Virus record (IMG/VR): IMGVR_UViG_3300023174_005338
Span: 186,001 to 250,000 of that record
Length of the DNA stretch: 64,000 nucleotides
Direction: 5' to 3' (one strand)
The notes under the pieces were generated by a model, which ran no database searches, was not told the DNA's origin, and worked only from the letters and a program-made list of their open reading frames with translations. Positions 17,227 to 24,927 of the stretch are shown here, in pieces; positions within the stretch are counted from its first letter, which is position 1; each line of letters starts with the position of its first letter. Position numbers and translations under genes: made by a program.

Positions 17227-18219
17227 ATGATACCTAAAAATTTAGACTTTGCCGCTGCACAACAGTTATGGATTTCTAAACTGAATCTTGATCCCAACGA
17301 TCTAAAATCAATCGAAATGCAATTACCGCATCCAAAATATGCTGATTTAATTTTAAACAGTCTGCAGTTTAAATCAACCAGACACGGTGAAAAATACCAA
17401 CTCGATTCGTATGCCAAGATCAAAGATCAGAGCTGGCCTGACTGCCATAGTTATCAGGATTTGTTGAAACTACCACCTCACATAATCGAAGAGTGTAGAC
17501 AGGTGCACGGTTTTGATTTTTCCATCTACGGAGAAGACCATATAGACCAAGAAAGATGGGACAAATTTCAAAATGGTCTTTGGCCTGTGTGGGAATTAGT
17601 GAGATACAAACATGTGATATTGGATCTCAAAAAATATTTCAAAGAAAAAATTGTTTTAGATTTTGCTGCACATGGTGGAATTATAAGTCTAATGGCACTG
17701 AAGATGGGAGCAAAGTTTGTACACTGTACCAATGTTCGAGACGAATATGTGAGTTTGGCTCAAAAAATGCTCGGTCTCTCTGAGTACAAAAAACAGTTTA
17801 AAACTTTTAGAGCAGACATACACGACTATGAGCACAATAAAAAAATTTGCAACGGAATAGATACCGTGTTGTTATACGGCATAATGTACCATGTCCACGA
17901 TCACTGCCAGATACTTGACAGTATAACTGCCGCTGGGCCAGATACCATTATAATTGACACTTTAGTTGATAATTCTATCATCAACAGCGACAAGGCCGTG
18001 GTCACGTGGTCAACAGAGTCTGCGGAAAATGTATGGAATGGATGGTTTGAAAATCAGCAAATTATTACCAATGGGGCACCAAATTTTGCATGGTTTAAAC
18101 TGTATCTATCACAAAAAAATTATCAACCGGTTCATTATGACAAATATTATTCTGCCAGTGTGGACACGTTGTCAGTACCTGATGCACAAAGATCAATAAT
18201 GGTCTTTGAAAGAGTGTAG
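17227..18219 (+). CDS. Class I SAM-dependent methyltransferase domain protein
   Basis: VLDFAAHGG motif I, GIMYHVHD; visibly AT-rich. Confidence 0.7.
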   Translation: MIPKNLDFAAAQQLWISKLNLDPNDLKSIEMQLPHPKYADLILNSLQFKSTRHGEKYQLDSYAKIKDQSWPDCHSYQDLLKLPPHIIEECRQVHGFDFSIYGEDHIDQERWDKFQNGLWPVWELVRYKHVILDLKKYFKEKIVLDFAAHGGIISLMALKMGAKFVHCTNVRDEYVSLAQKMLGLSEYKKQFKTFRADIHDYEHNKKICNGIDTVLLYGIMYHVHDHCQILDSITAAGPDTIIIDTLVDNSIINSDKAVVTWSTESAENVWNGWFENQQIITNGAPNFAWFKLYLSQKNYQPVHYDKYYSASVDTLSVPDAQRSIMVFERV

Positions 18220-18246
18220 TTCCTAATTAAAATTCAAATATTATCT

Positions 18247-18324
18247 GGTGGGGTGGCCGAGGGGTCCAAGGCAAGTGACTGCAAATCTCTACAACCGTTG
18301 GTTCGAATCCAACCCTCACCTCCA
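18247..18324 (+). tRNA. trnC: tRNA-Cys(GCA)
   Basis: Acceptor GGTGGGG/CCTCACC, U73, CCA; loop CTGCAAA; T arm GTTGG-TTCGAAT-CCAAC. Confidence 0.9.
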
Positions 18325-18326
18325 AG

Positions 18327-18403
18327 TCCGGAGTAGTTCCAATTGGCAGAACAGCGGTCTCCAAATCCGCGTGTTGGCGGTTCGAATCCGTCCTCCGGTG
18401 CCA
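18327..18403 (+). tRNA. trnW: tRNA-Trp(CCA)
   Basis: TCCGGAG/CTCCGGT acceptor (U1.U72), G73, CCA; loop CTCCAAA; T arm GGCGG-TTCGAAT-CCGTC. Confidence 0.9.
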
Positions 18404-18431
18404 ATTTATTTAGAAAAGAAAGGAGGCACGT

Positions 18432-19043
18432 ATGCCAGCAGTATTTTTAGTCAGCGACACGCACTTTGGTCACGCAGGTGTATGTCGCTTCACACGTAAC
18501 GATGGTGTGACCAAACTAAGACCATGGGACGATCCAGCGGAAATGGACGAAGCCATGGTAGCAGCCTGGAACGAGCGTGTGCGTCCTAACGACAAGGTCT
18601 ATCACCTGGGCGATGTGGTTATCAACCGCAAGAGTTTACCTATCATGAATAGACTCAACGGTGACAAGGTTCTTATCCGTGGCAATCACGATATCTTCAA
18701 GGACGAGGACTATACACCTTACTTCCGTAGCCTGCGTGGATACCATGTCATGAACGGCATGATCCTTAGCCATATTCCGGTTCATGCAGAGAGTCTGGGT
18801 CGTTTTGGAGTAAACATCCACGGTCACTTGCACGCTAATCGTGTCAAGCGGGCTCGTGGTGTTGATGCCCGCACAGGAGAAGTGTTGTACAGCGATGAGA
18901 TTGATCCACGGTATCACAATGTTAGTGTAGAACAACTTCCAGATTTTGCTCCGATCCTGTTTGAAGATGTGCTCAAACGCATCCGAGAAGAGGGTGGTAC
19001 AATAGGTTTCAAGAACGGCAACGGAACCACACAAGCGACCTAG
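18432..19043 (+). CDS. Calcineurin-like metallophosphoesterase
   Basis: SDTHFGH, LGDV, GNHD, SH, HGHLH motifs; RBS AGGAGG. Confidence 0.88.
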   Translation: MPAVFLVSDTHFGHAGVCRFTRNDGVTKLRPWDDPAEMDEAMVAAWNERVRPNDKVYHLGDVVINRKSLPIMNRLNGDKVLIRGNHDIFKDEDYTPYFRSLRGYHVMNGMILSHIPVHAESLGRFGVNIHGHLHANRVKRARGVDARTGEVLYSDEIDPRYHNVSVEQLPDFAPILFEDVLKRIREEGGTIGFKNGNGTTQAT

Positions 19044-19050
19044 CAGTTCG

Positions 19051-19130
19051 ACCCCGGTGGCGCAATTTTTGGTAGACGCACTCTCCTCAGAAGGGAGCTG
19101 TTGAAGGTTCGAATCCTTCCCGGGGTACCA
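19051..19130 (+). tRNA. trnL: tRNA-Leu(CAG) with short variable loop
   Basis: ACCCCGG/CCGGGGT, A73, CCA; Leu-type 3 bp D stem; loop CTCAGAA; 5 nt variable region. Confidence 0.85.
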
Positions 19131-19159
19131 TTGACATCCGCAGTGTTTTGTAGTATAAT
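19131..19159 (+). promoter_or_regulatory. sigma70-type promoter upstream of omega homologue
   Basis: TTGACA-17 nt-TATAAT. Confidence 0.8.
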
Positions 19160-19180
19160 TGTTGTTTACAAGGAGAAGCC

Positions 19181-19402
19181 ATGAGTGTAAGAATCGAAAG
19201 TCGCAGCAGTGAAATTGATACCGAACGCTGTGTAACCAATGCCGGAGGTCGTTATGATTTGGTTATTGCAGCAGCTCAACGCTTGAGAGAAATGAAACGC
19301 CGTGCCCGAGAAACCAACTCTTGGGTCACGCCCATTGATGCACTCAAAGAAGTACAGAGTGGAACTTTTAACATGACTGATTATTTGATAAAGGTAAAAT
19401 AA
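19181..19402 (+). CDS. rpoZ: RNA polymerase omega subunit homologue
   Basis: GGRYDLVIAAAQRLREM matches the NRFDLVLxAAxRARQ helix; IDALKEVQSG matches xIALREIEEG; RBS AGGAG. Confidence 0.75.
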   Translation: MSVRIESRSSEIDTERCVTNAGGRYDLVIAAAQRLREMKRRARETNSWVTPIDALKEVQSGTFNMTDYLIKVK

Positions 19403-19403
19403 C

Positions 19404-19562
19404 ATGGCACAACGTCAAAGTGCAGGTGAACTGAGTCGTACCATTGCCGGACAGTGGTCAAAAAGTGAAAAGCGTTCGGCCGCCAGTAGAAGCATCACAG
19501 AAGCCAACAAGAAGGCACATCAAGCTCTCAAAAAAATTGCTCAACAACAACGAATAACCTAA
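19404..19562 (+). CDS. 52 aa basic hypothetical protein (MAQRQSAGELSR...)
   Basis: Manual translation; starts 2 nt after omega stop. Confidence 0.55.
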   Translation: MAQRQSAGELSRTIAGQWSKSEKRSAASRSITEANKKAHQALKKIAQQQRIT

Positions 19563-19566
19563 TACC

Positions 19567-19641
19567 GCACCCTTCGTCTATCGGTTAGGACACGCCCCTT
19601 TCACGGGCGGAAGAGGAGTTCGATTCTCCTAGGGTGTACCA
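19567..19641 (+). tRNA. trnE: tRNA-Glu(TTC)
   Basis: GCACCCT/AGGGTGT, CCA; anticodon arm CGCCC-CTTTCAC-GGGCG; T arm AGGAG-TTCGATT-CTCCT. Confidence 0.92.
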
Positions 19642-19697
19642 AATATTTTATCAGTGATTATGCAAAATAAGTAAACATATCAATCAGGATCACAATC

Positions 19698-19898
19698 ATG
19701 GCAAAATCTCTACAACGCAAAAAACCTGGCTACACCAAAGCTGGTAATGTAAAAATTGTTAGTCTCAATGGCCGACAATTGACCAAGTTACTGGACAGCA
19801 CCAGTAAACCCAAAATCAAGGCAAAGATTCAACGTCGCATCACTGCTTTGGGTTATGTGGCGCCCGTAGTCGAAGAAGCAGTAGCGACTGCAGAGTAA
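19698..19898 (+). CDS. Small basic hypothetical protein
   Basis: 66 aa Lys-rich ORF; RBS AGGA. Confidence 0.6.
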   Translation: MAKSLQRKKPGYTKAGNVKIVSLNGRQLTKLLDSTSKPKIKAKIQRRITALGYVAPVVEEAVATAE

Positions 19899-19906
19899 AT
19901 TTCTGG

Positions 19907-19977
19907 GCCCTTTTAATATAATGGTAATATGCTAGATTTGTAATCTTGACATGGGAGTTCGATTCTCTCAAAGGGCA
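19907..19977 (+). tRNA. trnT: tRNA-Thr(TGT), CCA not encoded
   Basis: GCCCTTT/AAAGGGC; loop TTTGTAA; T arm GGGAG-TTCGATT-CTCTC; AT-only D stem. Confidence 0.75.
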
Positions 19978-19997
19978 TACTATTCCGAGGACACACA

Positions 19998-20162
19998 ATG
20001 AGCAAAATGAGTGACGTATTAAAACAGGCCTTGGCCAAAAAACAAGGTACACATCACCTCGAGGGCGATGACGCTCCTCAAGTGGAACGTAAAACAGCCA
20101 AACAGCGAGCGCCCGTGATTGGCAAAAAACCGCCCACAAGAAGTGCCGGGCGTGGACGTTGA
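19998..20162 (+). CDS. 54 aa basic hypothetical protein (MSKMSDVLKQ...GRGR)
   Basis: Manual translation; RBS GAGG. Confidence 0.55.
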   Translation: MSKMSDVLKQALAKKQGTHHLEGDDAPQVERKTAKQRAPVIGKKPPTRSAGRGR

Positions 20163-20186
20163 TACAAATGTTTCAAAATTCAATAC

Positions 20187-21329
20187 ATGTTCACGCTAGA
20201 TCACTGTGATTTAACACCGGACAAATTTGGATATTATTTGGTTGGCAACGCAAAGACCTATAGTAAACTAGAAGCGTTGGAAATACAAAAAGTAACCGGC
20301 GACTTTCCCCAGTGGAATTTCAACAATGAAATTTATCAAATCCAGGACTGGACACAAGAGCCCAGCACCACGCTTTGGGAACTTTACAAACAACGTGCAG
20401 TGCAAATAAGAAATTCATATGACTATGTGGTTTTATTTTACAGCGGGGGCAGTGACAGCCAAAACATGCTCAGCGCCTGGATGGCCAGTGGTTTAAAAAT
20501 TGATGAAATTGCCACTCAATGGAATGTTGCTGGAACTGGAAGCAGATCAACTTTTTGGAATGGAGAAGTAGATCGAGTGGCTTTGCCCTGGATCCAACAA
20601 TTAAAAAATCAAGGCTTGGAATTTAATTTTCGCTTGCTGGATATTAGTGCAGATACTCAAAATGTCATTGAGTTTCATGCACATGATTATGCCTATCATG
20701 CCAATACCGCTCTAAGTCCCAACAACTACGCCAAAAACATGTGGCGACATCAGATTACCGAATACAGACAAATCATAGAGTCTGGAAAAAAACTGTGTTT
20801 TGTATGGGGCAGTGAAAAACCGTTTTTGCTTTGGGATGGTCGACACTACTGTGTGTTCCAAGACATCATTGACAATTGTGTGAATCCCTACACTCAGCGT
20901 CAATATCACCAAGGCTGGTACGATGAACTGTTTTATTGGGCTCCTGAACTGCCACAAATTGTGATAAAACAAGTTCATGTATTAAAAAATTTTTGCCAGA
21001 CTAACTTGGATCCTGCAAACTTTCAGGACACGTTTACAAGACATGGATATAATCCACACATTAAAAAATGGCTACGAGAAGATGTTGTTAAAACTCTACT
21101 GTATCCTTACTGGGATACTTCGACTTATGTGGATGGCAAACCTCCCTCGATGGTGTTAAGTTGGAGAGACAATTGGTTGTTTGTCAGCACACAGGGACAG
21201 CAATATCGTGACTATTTACAAAGTCTTAAACAACAATTAGATTTGACCTGGTTGAATGATGTTGATCACATCAGCAAAGGTTTAAAAAATTGTATCTCAC
21301 CCCATTACTATTTAGAGGAAAAAAAATGA
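20187..21329 (+). CDS. PP-loop (adenine nucleotide alpha-hydrolase-like) protein of unknown function
   Basis: VVLFYSGGSDS; paralogue at 24928-26232. Confidence 0.6.
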   Translation: MFTLDHCDLTPDKFGYYLVGNAKTYSKLEALEIQKVTGDFPQWNFNNEIYQIQDWTQEPSTTLWELYKQRAVQIRNSYDYVVLFYSGGSDSQNMLSAWMASGLKIDEIATQWNVAGTGSRSTFWNGEVDRVALPWIQQLKNQGLEFNFRLLDISADTQNVIEFHAHDYAYHANTALSPNNYAKNMWRHQITEYRQIIESGKKLCFVWGSEKPFLLWDGRHYCVFQDIIDNCVNPYTQRQYHQGWYDELFYWAPELPQIVIKQVHVLKNFCQTNLDPANFQDTFTRHGYNPHIKKWLREDVVKTLLYPYWDTSTYVDGKPPSMVLSWRDNWLFVSTQGQQYRDYLQSLKQQLDLTWLNDVDHISKGLKNCISPHYYLEEKK

Positions 21330-22264
21330 ATATACTACGCGGTTTAATTTTATCATTGATCTTGTTTGCCACCGGTGTGCATGCAGATAAAAAGAATATC
21401 ACAGTGACTCTGCCATTTCCAGCCGGCGGCGCCACAGATCGAGTTTGGCGAGTATTGGATTCCAAGCTCACTGAGCAATTGCAAAGTCACGGTATCAAGC
21501 TACAGACAGAATACAGGGTCGGAGCCGGGGGCGGCATAGCCGGCACACATGTGGCCACTGCACCGGTTGGTGAAACACGTTTGCTGTTCACAAGTGCTAG
21601 TCTAATGATAGCACCCAGCTCAAATGACAATATAAATTATCGACCCAACGATTTTACAATGTTGGGATATTTTGGAAGTTTGCCAATGATGGTAGTAGTT
21701 CCAGCTGCTGGGCCAAAAAACATCAAGGAATTACAACAACTGTGTCGGACTAGGCCTATAATGTATGGGTCAGCTGGTGTTGGATCAACTGTGCATTTGG
21801 TTTCAGAAGAATTTTTAAAGTCTATCAACTGTTCTGCCACCCATGTGCCTTATAAAGGTGCCCCTGCAGCCATGCCTGATCTTGTGTCAGCACGCCTGGA
21901 TTTTGTAGTTGACTGGATTTCCAGCCCGACCATGAGCTTGGTCGAACAGAATCGACTCAATGTTGTTTTGATATTAGGACAAAACAGACTTAAACAATTT
22001 CCTCAGGTGCCAACTGCTGGGCAGGCAGGTTTAAAATTAGAGGCTCTAAATAATTGGCAGGTATTTGTAGCAAACAGCACAGCTGATACCAAGGAAATTG
22101 AAATCATACGTCGAGCCGTGCAACGAGTCATGCGCGATCCAGACAATCTAAAACTATTTACAGATCTAGGACTGGAAGGTGCAGGTAATACAGTTGATGA
22201 AAATTTTTTGTTTGACAACTATCAATATTATCAAAAAATCATTAAAAAATACAACTTAAAGTAA
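21326..22264 (+). CDS. Tripartite tricarboxylate transporter substrate-binding protein (Bug/TctC)
   Basis: Signal peptide, FPAGGATD, GAGGGIA, YGSAGVGSTVHL, HVPYKG. Confidence 0.88.
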   Translation: MNILRGLILSLILFATGVHADKKNITVTLPFPAGGATDRVWRVLDSKLTEQLQSHGIKLQTEYRVGAGGGIAGTHVATAPVGETRLLFTSASLMIAPSSNDNINYRPNDFTMLGYFGSLPMMVVVPAAGPKNIKELQQLCRTRPIMYGSAGVGSTVHLVSEEFLKSINCSATHVPYKGAPAAMPDLVSARLDFVVDWISSPTMSLVEQNRLNVVLILGQNRLKQFPQVPTAGQAGLKLEALNNWQVFVANSTADTKEIEIIRRAVQRVMRDPDNLKLFTDLGLEGAGNTVDENFLFDNYQYYQKIIKKYNLK

Positions 22265-22300
22265 TCGAATACTTGGTATGCAACTTGTTTTGTTTATGTC

Positions 22301-22384
22301 GCAATCATTGTCAATGATTGCACTAATCAACGCATTTGATTAGATTGGTATAAATACTTGATAAAATTGCTGACTTTCGTCAGC
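22301..22384. promoter_or_regulatory. Dyad repeats and late-type promoter upstream of dctP
   Basis: GCAATCATTG-T-CAATGATTGC; CTAATCAA-N5-TTGATTAG; TATAAATA 22349-22356; GCTGAC-TTTC-GTCAGC. Confidence 0.5.
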
Positions 22385-22418
22385 CGATGACACGTTCATA
22401 CAAATCAAGGAGATAAAA

Positions 22419-23366
22419 ATGACCGATAAACTTAAACTTCGTTGGGTTTTAGCACACGTACCTTACGATCTATTCCTGCGCAGTGCAGCAGCCTTTGCTA
22501 AAAAAGCTCACGAAATCAGTAATGGTCAAATTGAAATTGAGATCATGGGTCTTGAACAATACGAACAACGATACAACAACAATCAACCCGTCAACAAATA
22601 TGAAGTGTTGAATCTGGTTGATCAGGGTGTTATTGAAATGAGTCAGATGTACAATGCACAACTGGGTGCGATCAATCATGATCTACGTGCTTTGGACATG
22701 CCTTATCTGTTTGAAAATCACGAACATGCACGCCGTGTGCTTGACGGAGATATCGGACTCGACATGCTACAAGGTCTTTCCAAAAACAGCAACGTTAGAG
22801 GATTGGCATTTACATATTCAGGTGGATTCCGCATGATGGTGGCCAATGAGCCCTTGGAATCAGTGAATGACATTTCTGGACAACGAGTTCGCGTGGGACT
22901 CACACCAGTGGCTTCTGACACTTTCCGTTTGCTGGGTGCAGATCCAGTGGCCATGGGTGTGCATGCTGTAGCTGATGCCTTGAGAGACAATCAAGTGGAT
23001 ATTGGTGAAAATACCTGGGCTAGATTTTTCCGATCTGGTGTGTCGCACTATGCCACCCACGTGGCCAACACACGTCACAGCCTGTTCCTGACTGCAATTA
23101 TAATTAACAAAAACGTCTGGAATGGATTCACTGCCGAAACACAGGCCATGCTACAAGCAGCAGCATTACAAGCAGCCGAAGAAGAGCGCCAAGAAAGTTT
23201 AGCAGACAATGACGCAGTCATGGCCAAATGCCAAGAAGTCGGCATCAAGGTCTGGGACTGGAGTGATGAGCAATGTGCAGAAATGAAAGCAATCACAGCA
23301 CCTGTGTATGAAAAATACAAGGATCAGTTTTCAACCAACCTTATTGACAAAATCAAACAGTCATAA
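22419..23366 (+). CDS. dctP: TRAP transporter substrate-binding protein DctP-like
   Basis: LDMPYLF, GGFRMM, GQRVRV, LGADPVAM, VDIGEN, HSLF; no obvious signal peptide. Confidence 0.85.
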   Translation: MTDKLKLRWVLAHVPYDLFLRSAAAFAKKAHEISNGQIEIEIMGLEQYEQRYNNNQPVNKYEVLNLVDQGVIEMSQMYNAQLGAINHDLRALDMPYLFENHEHARRVLDGDIGLDMLQGLSKNSNVRGLAFTYSGGFRMMVANEPLESVNDISGQRVRVGLTPVASDTFRLLGADPVAMGVHAVADALRDNQVDIGENTWARFFRSGVSHYATHVANTRHSLFLTAIIINKNVWNGFTAETQAMLQAAALQAAEEERQESLADNDAVMAKCQEVGIKVWDWSDEQCAEMKAITAPVYEKYKDQFSTNLIDKIKQS

Positions 23367-23370
23367 CACA

Positions 23371-23391
23371 CTCGAGCGCAATGCGCTCGAG
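23371..23391. terminator. Hairpin between convergent genes
   Basis: CTCGAGCGCA-A-TGCGCTCGAG; no clear U tract. Confidence 0.45.
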
Positions 23392-23392
23392 A

Positions 23393-23965
23393 TCAAAAAA
23401 GGTTTTTGATCTTATCTGGAAGTTGTACAAAACTGATCTGTAGATTGATTCTTGGACTGACAAGATTTTCGGTGCTGTGCAACACCTGCCCGTTCAACAG
23501 ATACCAGGTATTTGCCGGAACTCGGATCGAATCTATCAAAGTTAGATCCGAGTATCGACCTCGGGCCAGTCCATCCTCTCTCACAACAGGGTGATTTTTT
23601 TCCTGCCAAAAACAAACTTCTGCATCTGGGCCCCCGTTGGTGATAGGAAATATCAACACATAATTCCTAACCTTGTCGGTATGTGCACCGGTGCTGGAAA
23701 TATCAGGAGCACCATCGCAGTACATGACAGTTGTGAATAACATGTCATTGCATATGTGTTGGCGCATCCAGGATTCACAGTCACGGGGTGGCACACGACA
23801 CATGTTGCGTCGGGCTGGTCCGTTGCATCCACGCCAGTCTTCCAAAATTCTTATTCCTGTGTATCCCATGTTGTGTTCTTGTGGAATGTTGCTTGTATCG
23901 ATTTGATCCAACAAGGTTTTTGGAGGTACAGGAAGACCAGGTAAAAGTTTGTAATTCCATGTCAT
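23393..23965 (-). CDS. Putative 2OG-Fe(II)/cupin-fold oxygenase
   Basis: AHTD (HxD) and distal VLHS followed by RINLQISF. Confidence 0.5.
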   Translation of the reverse strand: MTWNYKLLPGLPVPPKTLLDQIDTSNIPQEHNMGYTGIRILEDWRGCNGPARRNMCRVPPRDCESWMRQHICNDMLFTTVMYCDGAPDISSTGAHTDKVRNYVLIFPITNGGPDAEVCFWQEKNHPVVREDGLARGRYSDLTLIDSIRVPANTWYLLNGQVLHSTENLVSPRINLQISFVQLPDKIKNLF

Positions 23966-24023
23966 GCAATTACTTATGGCGGGTCACCGGTCACTAAATA
24001 TCACACATTTTACAAAATCTTTG

Positions 24024-24920
24024 ATGTCTTTTTTCAAATCCACTTATCCCATCATGTGCGCTGTAATGAACGGTGCAAGTGATATATCACTGGCCAAAGC
24101 AGTTGCACGGGCTGGAGCCACTCCCAGTTTGATGTTGTGGATACGTGATGCTCATGGTAACAAAAACTACCAATTGCTAGACCGAACCCTGGATGAATTT
24201 AAGACAGCCACCGGACACTGTGACTTGGTACTGGGTTTAATTTTTGATGATTTGTTAGATTACAACATGGTCAAATTGGTCAATGATTATCAAGTGGGGT
24301 ATGTGGAATTTTTGTCAGACCTGGTGGCACCAGAAGAGATCATGAAAGATCCCAAGGCTACCATACTGATGAAAAAAGCAAAAAAAACAACCAAAATACT
24401 GTGCAGAGTGTCGGATCACAATCAAATGTGCTGGTTTGCCGATGCATATTGTGCCAAAGGTTCAGATGGGGCAGGGTTTGGCGGCAAACTCACAGTTGAA
24501 CAGATGTTTGTCAAACAAAAAAATTTTACTCCAGACATACCTGTAATTCCATATGGTGGTATAGGTCTGGCAGAACACGTCAAACATTACACTGACCTAG
24601 GCGCACCAGGCGTGGCTGTTGGTACCTTGTTGGCGGCCAGTCAAGAAAGTTGTGTGAGTGCCCAAATCAAAGAGGCCATGATCAAAGCCACCAGTGAAGA
24701 TCTCTATAGATTCCCTGACACCGGACAACGAGCTCTGATTCTGGGCTCTTTGTCTGAAATCAACAAGGACACTCGACACTGGAACAAATTAGACAGCCTA
24801 AAAGCTGGCATCCACGGTGATGGAACCCAAGGCTTGATTTATGCTGGTCAAAGCATTGACTATGTTACAAAAATACGTACCGTGGAAGATATAGTTAAAG
24901 ATTTAGCGAAACTTGTATAA
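24024..24920 (+). CDS. Nitronate monooxygenase/FabK-family FMN oxidoreductase
   Basis: YPIMCAVMNG, KGSDGAGFGG, IPYGGIG, GVAVGTLLAASQES, YAGQS. Confidence 0.8.
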   Translation: MSFFKSTYPIMCAVMNGASDISLAKAVARAGATPSLMLWIRDAHGNKNYQLLDRTLDEFKTATGHCDLVLGLIFDDLLDYNMVKLVNDYQVGYVEFLSDLVAPEEIMKDPKATILMKKAKKTTKILCRVSDHNQMCWFADAYCAKGSDGAGFGGKLTVEQMFVKQKNFTPDIPVIPYGGIGLAEHVKHYTDLGAPGVAVGTLLAASQESCVSAQIKEAMIKATSEDLYRFPDTGQRALILGSLSEINKDTRHWNKLDSLKAGIHGDGTQGLIYAGQSIDYVTKIRTVEDIVKDLAKLV

Positions 24921-24927
24921 AACCAAG

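Noticed and set aside
20187-21329. TilS for the CAU tRNA, or QueC partner for QueE
   Set aside because: Only the generic SGGxDS is shared; TilS and QueC zinc-binding signature motifs are not evident.
22369-22390. Hammerhead ribozyme or riboswitch in the dctP leader
   Set aside because: CTGACGA/GATGA-like words occur but the stems and GAAA core are not in the required order.
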